Virus record (IMG/VR): IMGVR_UViG_3300027374_000458
Span: 8,043-72,042 of that record
Length of the DNA: 64,000 bases
Direction: 5' to 3' (one strand)
From: a virus
Taxonomy: Duplodnaviria; Caudoviricetes
A program made the translations under genes and the position numbers. Under the pieces are notes generated by a model. It saw only the letters and a program-made list of their open reading frames with translations, was not told the origin of the DNA and ran no database searches. How positions within the stretch are numbered: position 1 is the stretch's first letter; the number at the start of each line of letters is the position of its first letter. Shown here in pieces: positions 45,037 through 54,840 of the stretch.

Positions 45037-45653
45037 TTGTCTGTACCCCCTTCATGCTTCTTATGCTTTTCCCGAATTGCTCTGGCCAGCAGTTCCCGGT
45101 CTGAAAGGAACCGGTCACTGTGTTCCCAAAGAAACTTGCTGGCAAAGTAGGTCAGAGTACCGCCCCATTCACCAAGGATCTGCATGGCACTCAGGGAGGT
45201 ATCCAGGGTCTTGTAGGTCCCCAGGTGCCAAATGCCCTTTTCACCATCCGTCTGAATCCTGCCCTCGGCGTAACAGTCGAGATAAATGCCTTCACTGCCG
45301 CCAAAGGCCACTTTTGTGACAAACATGAAGTCATCACAGTTGACCTTGATGGGAGAACCCAGGGTGTCCGGCAGGAAATAGTCCAGGATAGCTTCCGTTT
45401 TGGCATAATGGCCGCTGTCCACTGCCATCTGGTGGATACCCCGCATCAGCGTTTCCCTGCTCTCACGGGTAATCTGAACTTTGACGCGAGGGTCATCTTC
45501 CAGGTACTCTTTACAGGTCTCCGCACTGGAGCAGCCATTGAACTGCCGCTGCACCTTTATAGATGAATGTCCACAGTTGATAGTGGGGTCGTTCCCAGGG
45601 TCGGTAATGTGCCGCCATACACAGCGCCAACACGTTGGTTTTTCACATTTCAT
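45033..45653 (-). CDS. Hypothetical protein with N-terminal Cys cluster
   Basis: CWRCVW...C; operon coupling. Confidence 0.7.
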   Translation of the reverse strand: MKCEKPTCWRCVWRHITDPGNDPTINCGHSSIKVQRQFNGCSSAETCKEYLEDDPRVKVQITRESRETLMRGIHQMAVDSGHYAKTEAILDYFLPDTLGSPIKVNCDDFMFVTKVAFGGSEGIYLDCYAEGRIQTDGEKGIWHLGTYKTLDTSLSAMQILGEWGGTLTYFASKFLWEHSDRFLSDRELLARAIREKHKKHEGGTDK

Positions 45654-46087
45654 TTTAATTCCCTCTCTCCAAAGTCCATGTTGGACAAAATCTCGCTGCC
45701 CTTTTCATAGAGAAGCTGCTGAAAACGTCTCCCGTTTCGCTTCCACCATGCGGTGGCCTGGCTTATGGAGATCGTTACGCCCTGCCCCGCTGCAGCTGCC
45801 ACAGCATCTTCCGGCGCCCATCTGGTGACTGCAAACCATAAGGGTTCCTTGTTCTCCTCAGCCTCTATCTTTTTGTAGCTGTAAATGGTGGTGAGCCTGT
45901 CCAGACGTTCGCTGACAACACACTCCTGCATCAGCTTACGTCCGCTGTCCATCCGTACCATGTACTCGGTACGCTGCTCCGGATGAAACAGCGTGATTTT
46001 TTCAACGCTGTCACCCAGGGTAAAAACCCGCATCTTCCAATCAAACTGTCTCATCAGGCTGCGGGCTTGTCTATATCCGATTGCCAT
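45650..46087 (-). CDS. Hypothetical protein
   Basis: AAGGAGG RBS. Confidence 0.7.
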   Translation of the reverse strand: MAIGYRQARSLMRQFDWKMRVFTLGDSVEKITLFHPEQRTEYMVRMDSGRKLMQECVVSERLDRLTTIYSYKKIEAEENKEPLWFAVTRWAPEDAVAAAAGQGVTISISQATAWWKRNGRRFQQLLYEKGSEILSNMDFGERELK

Positions 46088-46091
46088 ATTG

Positions 46092-46361
46092 TCATTCCTC
46101 CTTGTCACCGTCAAAACCGCAGACCATGCCCCACTCGTTCAAGGGGAGCGGAGGACTGCCGGCCATATCGCGCAGAGCCTCATCCATTCCACAGACATTA
46201 CAGATGTGAACATCCGCTCTCCGGCTGAGAGAGTTCTCAACGAGCCTATCCCTCATGCGCGGATAACCACAGCGGGGACACGGAATGCCTGCCGCCAATC
46301 CTTTCTCTTGCATTCTGCCCAGCTCTTCCAATATTTGCTTGGCTTGTTCAATCGTTCGCAT
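46092..46361 (-). CDS. Small Zn-ribbon protein
   Basis: CPRCG...SLSRRADVHICNVCG; GAGGAG RBS. Confidence 0.7.
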   Translation of the reverse strand: MRTIEQAKQILEELGRMQEKGLAAGIPCPRCGYPRMRDRLVENSLSRRADVHICNVCGMDEALRDMAGSPPLPLNEWGMVCGFDGDKEE

Positions 46362-46374
46362 ACGCTTATTCTCC

Positions 46375-46764
46375 TCACGCTTTCCGGGCCTTGTCAGCCC
46401 ATTCATCCGCCTCATGGCGGGTATCGAAGTAGTCGTTGTACTCATCGAAAGTCTTGCCCTCGACCACCGTACTTTCGGGCTTTTCGGCTGCCTTCACGGT
46501 GTAGATGCTCACAGCTACTCTGCCGTCGTCGAAATATTTCTGACAGACCCGCCAGAAGGTTTTCTTCTCATCGCCCTCGCGGATCAGCAGATCTTGGATG
46601 AAATACTCACTGCCCTCACCGTCTTGGTAACGCATCTCCCGGATTTTCCTCGGACAGGGGCTCCGATTTTCAATGAACCGCTGGGCTGCCTCCAGGCTGC
46701 TATACGCTTCCGGGGAGACGTTACAGATCCCGTTGGCGCAAAATAACACCGCGTAAACCCTCAT
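46375..46764 (-). CDS. Hypothetical protein
   Basis: GAGGGTGG RBS. Confidence 0.65.
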   Translation of the reverse strand: MRVYAVLFCANGICNVSPEAYSSLEAAQRFIENRSPCPRKIREMRYQDGEGSEYFIQDLLIREGDEKKTFWRVCQKYFDDGRVAVSIYTVKAAEKPESTVVEGKTFDEYNDYFDTRHEADEWADKARKA

Positions 46765-46970
46765 AACATATCCACCCTCATTTTGTGAAGTGCTCTGGAT
46801 ACATCGCACTCCTTCTTTTCATCTATGAAATAATACGCCGAAGAGCACATGAGGATAAAACGAGCGGTTTTAGCGGTGTGTGTTTTGCACAGGCGTTTGA
46901 AATCCGCCATTGTGTATAGCCGTTTATACGGCTGAATCCAGCCGTTTTCCTGGACATTCTTGAATGTCAT
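46761..46970 (-). CDS. Hypothetical protein
   Basis: AGGGAG RBS, overlap. Confidence 0.55.
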   Translation of the reverse strand: MTFKNVQENGWIQPYKRLYTMADFKRLCKTHTAKTARFILMCSSAYYFIDEKKECDVSRALHKMRVDML

Positions 46971-47145
46971 TGGCATTTCTCCCTTCATTTTGTGGACGTT
47001 GTACCGTCATGCCGGGGATACAGAAATTTTCACCCTGCTCAAACCGCCCCTCTACGGCAATATGCCGCAGAGGGGCGCTCACCGTCAGGACGCTTTTGCG
47101 GAAGAGAATGTTCAAGCAACTGCCAGATACCCGGCAGCACACCCA

Positions 47146-47637
47146 TTATTCTTCTCCTTCCTGATAGTCGTAGTCGATGCACCCGTCACTGTCATTGATT
47201 CGGGGCTTGCGTTCATGTACCATGGCAAACCGACACTCGCCGCCGTGATTGAACTGGCAGGTACGGGATTCGCACTCAACACAAAGCTGCTTCAGATAGA
47301 CCAGCTTAGCAAGGCCCTCTGTCCGATCAATTCCATCGGAGTACAGTAGATAGCCGATGCCCTTGCTGTGACGCCGGTCGAACCAATGCCAGATTTCTTC
47401 TTTATCGGTTCCGCTCCCCCAGCCCATGAATGGTTCCAACAGGTGCTTACCGTCCGAGTCCACCGGGATATCCTCCAGCTGTGCCCAAAGTTCTTCCAGA
47501 GCCTCATCCCGGTCGCGCAGTGTCTCGATCTCCGTGAGTCCATCATGAATTGCCGAGTAGTCACCGAAGTCGATTCGGTTCTCTTGATGAAGTTTGTCAA
47601 CACGGCTTATTGCCTCGGTTTTCAGATAGTTGCTCAT
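47146..47637 (-). CDS. Hypothetical protein with C-terminal Cys cluster
   Basis: GGAGG RBS; CVECESRTC. Confidence 0.75.
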   Translation of the reverse strand: MSNYLKTEAISRVDKLHQENRIDFGDYSAIHDGLTEIETLRDRDEALEELWAQLEDIPVDSDGKHLLEPFMGWGSGTDKEEIWHWFDRRHSKGIGYLLYSDGIDRTEGLAKLVYLKQLCVECESRTCQFNHGGECRFAMVHERKPRINDSDGCIDYDYQEGEE

Positions 47638-47639
47638 GT

Positions 47640-47993
47640 CTATTCCTCCTTTATTTCAGCTTTGGCGGCCGCAATCTGATTGCGGATGCCATTGATCCAG
47701 TCAGCCATATCCTCCTGGGTCATGCAGGATACCCGTTCGTCCGGTGCGTTCGCGTTCAGATGCCGAATAGTGATGTGAAGTTCATCCTTCACATTGTAAT
47801 CGCCATCAACACAGAACCAAAACCGCTTGCCCAATATGGCACTTTCCGCTACGATATTCATTTTGTGGAACCGATTCACACTTCCAGCCTGACAGAACTC
47901 ATCAAAACCAGCCTCATGAATCGCTTTCCTGATTTTCAGGTACTTCCCGTTATAATCTGCATACGTTTCATTCATTACATGTTCACATCCCAT
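47640..47993 (-). CDS. Hypothetical protein
   Basis: Operon position; start uncertain. Confidence 0.6.
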   Translation of the reverse strand: MGCEHVMNETYADYNGKYLKIRKAIHEAGFDEFCQAGSVNRFHKMNIVAESAILGKRFWFCVDGDYNVKDELHITIRHLNANAPDERVSCMTQEDMADWINGIRNQIAAAKAEIKEE

Positions 47994-48003
47994 CGTGTTT
48001 TTG

Positions 48004-48888
48004 TCAAAAACCGTTCCATATCTGACGTCCGCGATACATAAACCACTCGGCGTCATTGCAATCCTCCGGGGTCAGATCTGCGATCCGTTTCCGGCTGCGG
48101 GAGATAAACAGGTCGGAGTCCATTGGGGGCTTTGGGGTCTTGTCCCGGAGCAGTTCATCAACTGCAAGCAGCTGCGCATACTCTCCAGGCATACACTCCC
48201 TCAGATGTTGGAAAAAATAATTTCTGTGGAATGGACAGAACGTACAGGCCGAAGCCCTTGTTTCCAGTCCCCAGACATCCCGTATGTAGGCATAGTTGTC
48301 TGCCCGCACCAGTTTCATCTCAACCAAAGGGAAGCGATTGACGAACATCGGATTTGTACTTTCCTTACATCGCTGCTTTTCCTCATAGCTGAACCCCATG
48401 TGCATTTCATGGGCTTTGCTGTCCTCCGGGCGGAGCCGTTGGCCCTTTTTGTAGCCGAGGACTTCCCAGCGCACATACTTTGAGATTGTCTCGATCTTAT
48501 AATCAATCGTGCAATTTCTAGGCATTTTTGACTTGTGCCCATCATCTCGCAGCGTCCACCAGGGAATGCTGATTGTCCGCCGTTCCCCAAAGTTCTCCAT
48601 AAAATCCTGATAGAGCGGGGATTCAATGACCTTAAAAAAGATGTCGGCTTCTTTGCAGGCCTGATGGGTAAATTCCACCTGTTTCATCACCCAGGAGGGT
48701 TCCAACCCCAAATCGCAGAATACAACCAGATCATAAACAGGGACCCAGGGGTGTGGCGATGGGAGACCGTGCTTCTTCGCTGCGGCGTTTTCGCAGGACA
48801 TCAGGGCAAGCGTCGTGGACTGCATCCCCGCTCCAAACGACAGAATTTTCAGACCTCGACGCCTCTGCGCGGTCAAAATTCCCTCCAT
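48004..48888 (-). CDS. PAPS-reductase-like (PP-loop) protein
   Basis: ILSFGAGMQST, VFCDLGLE, RNCTIDYK, FPLV, SACTFCPF. Confidence 0.8.
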   Translation of the reverse strand: MEGILTAQRRRGLKILSFGAGMQSTTLALMSCENAAAKKHGLPSPHPWVPVYDLVVFCDLGLEPSWVMKQVEFTHQACKEADIFFKVIESPLYQDFMENFGERRTISIPWWTLRDDGHKSKMPRNCTIDYKIETISKYVRWEVLGYKKGQRLRPEDSKAHEMHMGFSYEEKQRCKESTNPMFVNRFPLVEMKLVRADNYAYIRDVWGLETRASACTFCPFHRNYFFQHLRECMPGEYAQLLAVDELLRDKTPKPPMDSDLFISRSRKRIADLTPEDCNDAEWFMYRGRQIWNGF

Positions 48889-49655
48889 TCGGTTTCCTCA
48901 CCGCCGTTCACTTCCTGCGCCATCATAAGGCGGGCTGCAGGCTGGGATAGTTGTACCACCAGTGATCCGCCATAATACTGCTTTTCAGCCGCTTCCATCG
49001 CGGCGGAAATATCACCGGCGGTTACAGGGAACGCCTGAGATATGTGTTCCTCTATCGTCACAACATACTGCCGAAGTTCGTTTTCCGGCAGACTGCAAGG
49101 GCGGGTATCCGCCCCGTCCTGTTCTGACGCAGCCAGGTGAGAAGTCATACTGCGATTCTCCTGTGCAGCAGCACACTGCGTAACGGGGCAGGCCTGCATC
49201 GTATGTTCCATATCGCGCAAAGCAGACAGCAGGCCATCCGTATAAGCCCTGCACTCCTTTTGGAGTGTGCGGACGTCCTCTGCGCTTAAAAGCTCAGCGC
49301 CGCGAAGTTGATACCGGGCGCCTCCATGCTCAAACACACAGTTATACGGAAGAAACAGGAATCCCTCTTGAATGGGAACGATTATGCCGCCGCCCTGCAT
49401 AGAGTCAGAAAAGGGATATTTCCAGATCAGCTGATTGCCAAACCGCTCTGCATAGGCATCACGCACCTTGTCCAGGGTTGAATCCAAGCCTCCGTATGTG
49501 TCCAGTAGCTTTACAAGCGCATCCTTACTGTACAGATTACTTCTGTTGATTGTAAAACCCATGTAGTGGAGTGTGGAATCCGTATTGCCAGAGGGTGTAG
49601 TCAACTCCATAGCGTCTACACTGTCCGGTATCTGTCTATTCTTGATCTCACCCAT
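48873..49655 (-). CDS. Hypothetical protein with C-terminal DpnD/PcfM-like module
   Basis: YVVTIEEHISQAFPVTA...AAEKQYYGGSLVV; AAGGAG RBS. Confidence 0.6.
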   Translation of the reverse strand: MGEIKNRQIPDSVDAMELTTPSGNTDSTLHYMGFTINRSNLYSKDALVKLLDTYGGLDSTLDKVRDAYAERFGNQLIWKYPFSDSMQGGGIIVPIQEGFLFLPYNCVFEHGGARYQLRGAELLSAEDVRTLQKECRAYTDGLLSALRDMEHTMQACPVTQCAAAQENRSMTSHLAASEQDGADTRPCSLPENELRQYVVTIEEHISQAFPVTAGDISAAMEAAEKQYYGGSLVVQLSQPAARLMMAQEVNGGEETEWREF

Positions 49656-50409
49656 TTGCAGTCTCCTTATCACAAATGCACTGCCCTAAAAGTTCATCCT
49701 GATTGACCAGGATACCGGCCGTACCACAGCAAAGGAATTTGTCGGCATCAGAGCCGCTACTGCAGTGAGTTACACCATAGGTGGAGAAAAACTCATCGGG
49801 GATCTCCGTCTCTACATCACCCCAGTTGAAATCCTCGCAGGTATCCTCATAGGCTCGTTTCCCGGCCTCGGTCTGGAGGAAATCGCAGATAACTTTCCGC
49901 AGGTAGGCTTCACAGGCTGCCTCACTTAGCTCCGGAAGCCGATCCTGTGCAATCAGAAAGGTAGAATAGTACAACTCGTTATTCGGCCCTTCTTGCCGCT
50001 GGCGAATGACCGTAACAGCATACATCGCTTTGCTTCCTGTAAACCAGACGCCATCGTCCGCAGCGTGGGATGCCTCCACAACGAAGGGCAACGTCAACGA
50101 CACGAGCTTCCGGCCCAGAGATTGAGAAAGTTCCCAGACCGGGTATTCACCAAAATCATTTACATCCCGCTCATAGTCATCAGCTTGGAGGGCCGTGAAG
50201 ATGACCTCCAAGGCTTCACGGGATAAAGGTGTCTCCAGGAGCTTCAAGCTCCAGCTGTCGCAGTTGGTCTCTCCAACGGCCTGGGCCAGGGTGAACCGGC
50301 CGAAAAAGGCAGTCAAAAGGGCAGAACACATTTCACTTAATTGTGCCCAAGTGAAGAAGTGGGCCTGGCAGGGAGTTCCTGTCAGACTTGGCTTTGGGAA
50401 CGTGAACAT
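49648..50409 (-). CDS. Acidic hypothetical protein
   Basis: AAGGAG RBS. Confidence 0.7.
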   Translation of the reverse strand: MFTFPKPSLTGTPCQAHFFTWAQLSEMCSALLTAFFGRFTLAQAVGETNCDSWSLKLLETPLSREALEVIFTALQADDYERDVNDFGEYPVWELSQSLGRKLVSLTLPFVVEASHAADDGVWFTGSKAMYAVTVIRQRQEGPNNELYYSTFLIAQDRLPELSEAACEAYLRKVICDFLQTEAGKRAYEDTCEDFNWGDVETEIPDEFFSTYGVTHCSSGSDADKFLCCGTAGILVNQDELLGQCICDKETANG

Positions 50410-50458
50410 AAAATCTCTCCTTCTTGTTGTAATTCGCTTCACGCACCGGACATTTCGT

Positions 50459-51298
50459 TCAGCTTGCATAGAATACCCAGCGCAGTTTATCTCCCACCGG
50501 ATACTGCTTTGTGTTCCGGGGCCTGGAGGGGGAATCCCACCCGGTTCCTGTACTTTTCACAATGCCATCCGGTTGAAAGCCCACTGCCCGCAGGCTGCTT
50601 CCACTTTCTGCCGGCAGCGTGTAGGTAAGAAACCGGCGATAGCCCATCTCGCGCCCGATACGGATCGCGCGGGCATAGAGGTTGCTGCATACATCGGCAT
50701 AGCGCGGATCGGTGCAGCAGCGGTTGATTTCCAGCGTCTCGCCATCCATCTGATGCCGGGCCTTTGGTATGCTTGCTACAGCCACGCCTACGGGCTCCGG
50801 CTCCCCAGCCACCCGCAGGCAGATGGAGAATTTATGGAACTTCGGCCCGGCATTGTGCCGGTGGTGCCGGTCAATATAAGCACCGGCCTCGCTCAGTGTG
50901 ATAGGTTCTGCCTCCAGCTTTGTAATCAGGCTGGAAGTGGAACCATCCACGCAGTACAGACGGCCATAGCCGTCCTCCGTATCCGCAATCACATAATTTC
51001 CGCATTTGTGCAGCACAGGTAAGGTCTGCTGGCGCCGCTTGTCTTTCAGGTGCATCTTCTGTGCCGGTATTTCTGATAAAATGTGTTCTACCGGCTCCGG
51101 CAACATCGGAAACGTCTGCAAGACCGGATTTTCCAACGCCTGCCCGGGATTGCCGCAGTGGAACGCACGCAGGTTATAGGGCATCCGCCATTGGAGACTA
51201 TCCATCAGCCGATCAAAAGCGGCATCGTCCATCGGCGATGAAGCGCGGTAAGACCGGCCGTTCAGCTGCACAAGGAAAACGTGGTATGTGTCCCACAT
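50459..51298 (-). CDS. XF1762-family (GNAT/Mom-like fold) protein with N-terminal extension
   Basis: HHRHN...HKFSI...VGVAV...LEINRCC...CSNLY...MGYRRFLTYTL..ESGSSLRAVGF. Confidence 0.75.
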   Translation of the reverse strand: MWDTYHVFLVQLNGRSYRASSPMDDAAFDRLMDSLQWRMPYNLRAFHCGNPGQALENPVLQTFPMLPEPVEHILSEIPAQKMHLKDKRRQQTLPVLHKCGNYVIADTEDGYGRLYCVDGSTSSLITKLEAEPITLSEAGAYIDRHHRHNAGPKFHKFSICLRVAGEPEPVGVAVASIPKARHQMDGETLEINRCCTDPRYADVCSNLYARAIRIGREMGYRRFLTYTLPAESGSSLRAVGFQPDGIVKSTGTGWDSPSRPRNTKQYPVGDKLRWVFYAS

Positions 51299-51594
51299 AG
51301 CTCACCCTCCTGTTCGCATCTGTAGAAATCCTCATCACAGGCAAAGCACTGATATTTGTACTGGGGAATCAGGCTCTTGAACAGCGGACTGCCACAGCGC
51401 AGGCAGGTGCCGCAGCTCTCCAGAAATAGCATGTGCCGCAGTTCCTCATCGACACAACCAACATCCCGTAGTTCCTTTTCGGCCTGCTCCCTGTTGTCAA
51501 AGATTCTGACGCCACACTCGGCATCCAGAAGATACTCCATCGCACCGTTGATGGGAATGTTGTTCACTGGCCGGCACACAACGACTTGCTTCAT
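51262..51594 (-). CDS. Zn-ribbon hypothetical protein
   Basis: CLRCGSPL...YQCFACDEDF; GGAGG RBS. Confidence 0.7.
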   Translation of the reverse strand: MKQVVVCRPVNNIPINGAMEYLLDAECGVRIFDNREQAEKELRDVGCVDEELRHMLFLESCGTCLRCGSPLFKSLIPQYKYQCFACDEDFYRCEQEGELCGTHTTFSLCS

Positions 51595-51739
51595 GAATAC
51601 ATACCTCCATTCGTCGTCTCAAAAATACAGTCCTGCATGTAATGCCCTCGATCTGACGGCTATCATACCTCCCTTATGGACGCGCAGAGGATGGAGACAA
51701 TCTATCCCCATCCTCTGCCGATCAATCAACAACTCATGC

Positions 51740-52282
51740 TCACTCGGTACACGGACCGGCCTCTCCCTGGACTTCCCCGCGTCTGGAGGAGGGCAGCTCG
51801 CCCCACCGCACAGAAAAATAATGCGGGTTGTTCCGGATAATAAAGTGGTAGAGGTTGTCCCTGAACTCTCCCATCGCCAGCCGCAGCGGATTACTGCGCG
51901 TCGCACTCTCCGAAGTTTGATAAAGCCAAAAATCGAGGAGCTGGGCAAGCTGGTAATGCCATGGGCATACGGCATAACCATGCTCCCGGTACTTCGGGCC
52001 ATGATGGACAACGTACCTGCTCCCGTCAATGGTGGGGGCCTCCTCGTCACCGGGTTCCTGCTGGTTCCTGTACCGGCTGTTGTAGGCCCTGACATTGAGC
52101 GCATAGAGCCGGCGGTAAATGTCCTCGGCGGAAAAAAGGCCGGCGCTTTGGCAGTCTTTCAGTTCACGGCGGAGACTGTCCGGGGCCTCAAATCCCCAAA
52201 AGTCAAAGTCGCAGTTGAGCTTGTCCTCGACAGCATTTGCCAATGCCGCCAGCGGCTCCAGATTCATCACCGTGCATGACAT
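51740..52282 (-). CDS. Hypothetical protein
   Basis: GAGGAG RBS; LYALNVRAYNSRY...WLYQTSE. Confidence 0.7.
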   Translation of the reverse strand: MSCTVMNLEPLAALANAVEDKLNCDFDFWGFEAPDSLRRELKDCQSAGLFSAEDIYRRLYALNVRAYNSRYRNQQEPGDEEAPTIDGSRYVVHHGPKYREHGYAVCPWHYQLAQLLDFWLYQTSESATRSNPLRLAMGEFRDNLYHFIIRNNPHYFSVRWGELPSSRRGEVQGEAGPCTE

Positions 52283-52314
52283 AATAACTCGTATATCTCC
52301 TCTCAAACATAGAA

Positions 52315-53100
52315 TCAGATACCATAGGCTTCCCTTCGCGCGGCGGCAAAAGCCATTCGGTTCAGCCCGGTGGACTTTCCACAGACCACATACTCGCGAT
52401 CCCGGTAGTCCGTAGGCTCTGTGTAGCCGTCCCGACGCATTTCTGCCTCATCCCTGTAAACCCGCTCGATCTGCACGCTGCAAAACCGGGGCGTATTCAC
52501 ATAATCGCCGGCATGGAGTTTCATAGCCAAGAGATCTTCGATCTTCTGACCGTGCTCCATAGCGTGATGCCCCTCTGGCTTCAGTTCCTCCGCGCCTTGG
52601 TATAACTCCCGGCGGCGTTCCTCGGTAATGAAATTCATCTGCCGGGCCATGTCCACAGCGCCGATGTAGCTCCAGTACCATGCAGCATGAGCTTCCGGTG
52701 TCAGGGCCTCCTTGCGGATTTCCCACGCGGCTTCCTGACGTATGGACGCCAGCCGCTTCTCAACGCTGTTCTCCATGTCTCTCCAGTCATTCCCGCAGTT
52801 GGGGCAATAATCGAAGGGCGGAAGCATCCGTCCGCAGACCGGGCATTCACTCTCCGACTCCAGCGGGTAGAGTTCGACAGAATCACCTGCTGGATTGTCC
52901 ATGAACAGCCCATTGCCTCCAAGAGTACCTTCCGAGCAGTTCAGATGGATTACATAATGACCGTTCCAGTTGCCACCGTCCTCATGCTGCAGAATATCCT
53001 CGATCTCCTCCAAGGACAGATGTCCACGCCGCTTTTGAATCACGACAATGGATTTATCATGAAGATCTCTGTCCCACCTGATTGTTGTTCCTTTTTTCAT
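52315..53100 (-). CDS. Multi-module hypothetical protein with double Zn ribbon
   Basis: CPVCG...CPNCG; ATGA overlap. Confidence 0.75.
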   Translation of the reverse strand: MKKGTTIRWDRDLHDKSIVVIQKRRGHLSLEEIEDILQHEDGGNWNGHYVIHLNCSEGTLGGNGLFMDNPAGDSVELYPLESESECPVCGRMLPPFDYCPNCGNDWRDMENSVEKRLASIRQEAAWEIRKEALTPEAHAAWYWSYIGAVDMARQMNFITEERRRELYQGAEELKPEGHHAMEHGQKIEDLLAMKLHAGDYVNTPRFCSVQIERVYRDEAEMRRDGYTEPTDYRDREYVVCGKSTGLNRMAFAAARREAYGI

Positions 53101-53432
53101 ACTGCCTCCTGTTCCAAAGTGAATGTCACTCCGCCAACCTGCTCCTCGGCCAAACCGTCAGCAGAACACGGCCGGCAGGCATCGCACATCTCGTCTACGA
53201 CATCGAGCAGACGCAGATGGTTCACATCTGCGTCATATGCGGCGCACTCATCACCAAAGAGATAATGCCGCAGCGTCAGCGTCACATCATCAGCCGTGAT
53301 GTTTTCCCGCAGAAAATCCCTTACCTCCGAATTCTTTTTTGCCTCCTCTACCGAGGAGACGAATCCGGGCAGCAATACTTTCAACTCGTCATCGTTTGCC
53401 TCCAGGCAGGCCCTTGTATAACGTATGCTCAT
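53097..53432 (-). CDS. Acidic hypothetical protein
   Basis: GGGAGG RBS. Confidence 0.7.
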   Translation of the reverse strand: MSIRYTRACLEANDDELKVLLPGFVSSVEEAKKNSEVRDFLRENITADDVTLTLRHYLFGDECAAYDADVNHLRLLDVVDEMCDACRPCSADGLAEEQVGGVTFTLEQEAV

Positions 53433-53541
53433 ACAGTTTCCTCCCGGCCATCAGGCCATTGTTATAATGTTTTACCCCGACTGTTCAGGCGGAGCATTCG
53501 GCTTCCGCACAGTCTGTCTGCAATCTTGGAATGGGGAAAGT

Positions 53542-53919
53542 TCACTTCTCTTCTGTAGTCAGACGGATGAAGTCCCCGGCATACTCCTCGATTCGCGTCG
53601 GATGAAGCCCATCATTGATGCAGGCCACCAGGATATCCTGCGGGCGGTTTGTCCAAAGCTTCAGGACTTCCCGCGCCCATTTCACGGCATACTCATTCAG
53701 CCTGTCCTGCCGCTCCAAAATCGTGACCGCTGTACAGACAGCCACAGGAATGCGGCCAAACTCTTTCAGTGCCGCACTGTATACGGTTTGTACCTGGGTA
53801 GTGGAGAGTGCCTTTTGCGCTGCTTTGACGCGCTTCAGGAATGCAAATTTCGCATCCCGACTCCCATCCCCGTTTGCCTGCTTTTTAATGTCATTGGCAA
53901 GTGTTCGGTCAAGTTTCAT
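53542..53919 (-). CDS. Hypothetical protein
   Basis: AAGGAG RBS. Confidence 0.75.
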   Translation of the reverse strand: MKLDRTLANDIKKQANGDGSRDAKFAFLKRVKAAQKALSTTQVQTVYSAALKEFGRIPVAVCTAVTILERQDRLNEYAVKWAREVLKLWTNRPQDILVACINDGLHPTRIEEYAGDFIRLTTEEK

Positions 53920-53988
53920 GTTCTACTCCTTTGTCAAGTCTGGGAGGATATCTCAAAATATGATCTCTCTCCCGATACTCCAGTAACC

Positions 53989-54840
53989 CTACTGCTCTAT
54001 GCCCAGGGCCCGAAAAATTGCTTCCCGGTTTTGTCGGCACTCCTCTTGGGTGGCGCCGCCCTGGGTGATGGTAGCGCGGTCTAAATTCCAAATTTCCTCG
54101 GCACTGACCCGGCCGAAAGCGCACCCGTCCATTGTGGCGCAGTTGAAATTGATGTGGTCGAGCAAGTTGTCGATGATATTGCAGGACTTCATGCTGGCCC
54201 TGTTGAAATTCGAGTGCCGCAAAGTGCAGTCGTGGAAATGCGTGTGGGCCATCGAAGCTAAAACGAAGCTCGCACTGCATAAGACGGAGGAGTGAAATTC
54301 AGAATCCCAGATGGAGGAACAGAAAAAAGATGCTTCCCTGATCCTGCAAACAGCAAAGGTGCAATTCCGAAATTCAGAAAAGGAACAGTCCGTCCTGTCC
54401 GGCATACAGTAAATCGTCACATGATCAAAATAAGAGTTTCGGAAAAAGCAAGGAGGGAACCCTTTCTCAACCGCGCGGTCAAAAGATTCTTGGTTGATGA
54501 CCTTCCGCGGAGACCGCCCCATACGGGACAAGGAATCATACTCAATGTCCCGGCTCATTCCACAGCTTTTCGTCAGAAGCTCTTTCTGATGCAAAAAATC
54601 TTGAACATCCTGCCGGAGTACGGCTATCTCTTTGGCATGGCCGTCACCACCCTTTTGCGCCAACTCGGCCAGCAGTTCCTCGGCGGACTTTTCCGAGCGG
54701 CCCTGCAGAATATCATTGATACCCTTTATGCTCCCGGCCCGGTCAATCGGCCGGAAAGCAGCAGGATCGAACAGTTCCAGACAGGATACAATGCTTTTGC
54801 TGATGTCCAGGCTGCTGCGAACAGCCTTGTAGCGATTCAT
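53989..54840 (-). CDS. Pentapeptide-repeat protein
   Basis: SEFRNCTFAVC...SFVLASMAHTHFHDCTLRHSNFNRASMKSC...NFNCATMDGCAF. Confidence 0.8.
   Translation of the reverse strand: MNRYKAVRSSLDISKSIVSCLELFDPAAFRPIDRAGSIKGINDILQGRSEKSAEELLAELAQKGGDGHAKEIAVLRQDVQDFLHQKELLTKSCGMSRDIEYDSLSRMGRSPRKVINQESFDRAVEKGFPPCFFRNSYFDHVTIYCMPDRTDCSFSEFRNCTFAVCRIREASFFCSSIWDSEFHSSVLCSASFVLASMAHTHFHDCTLRHSNFNRASMKSCNIIDNLLDHINFNCATMDGCAFGRVSAEEIWNLDRATITQGGATQEECRQNREAIFRALGIEQ

Noticed and set aside
46924-47142. Possible gene in the gap between 46970 and 47146
   Set aside because: No frame with both an RBS and convincing composition
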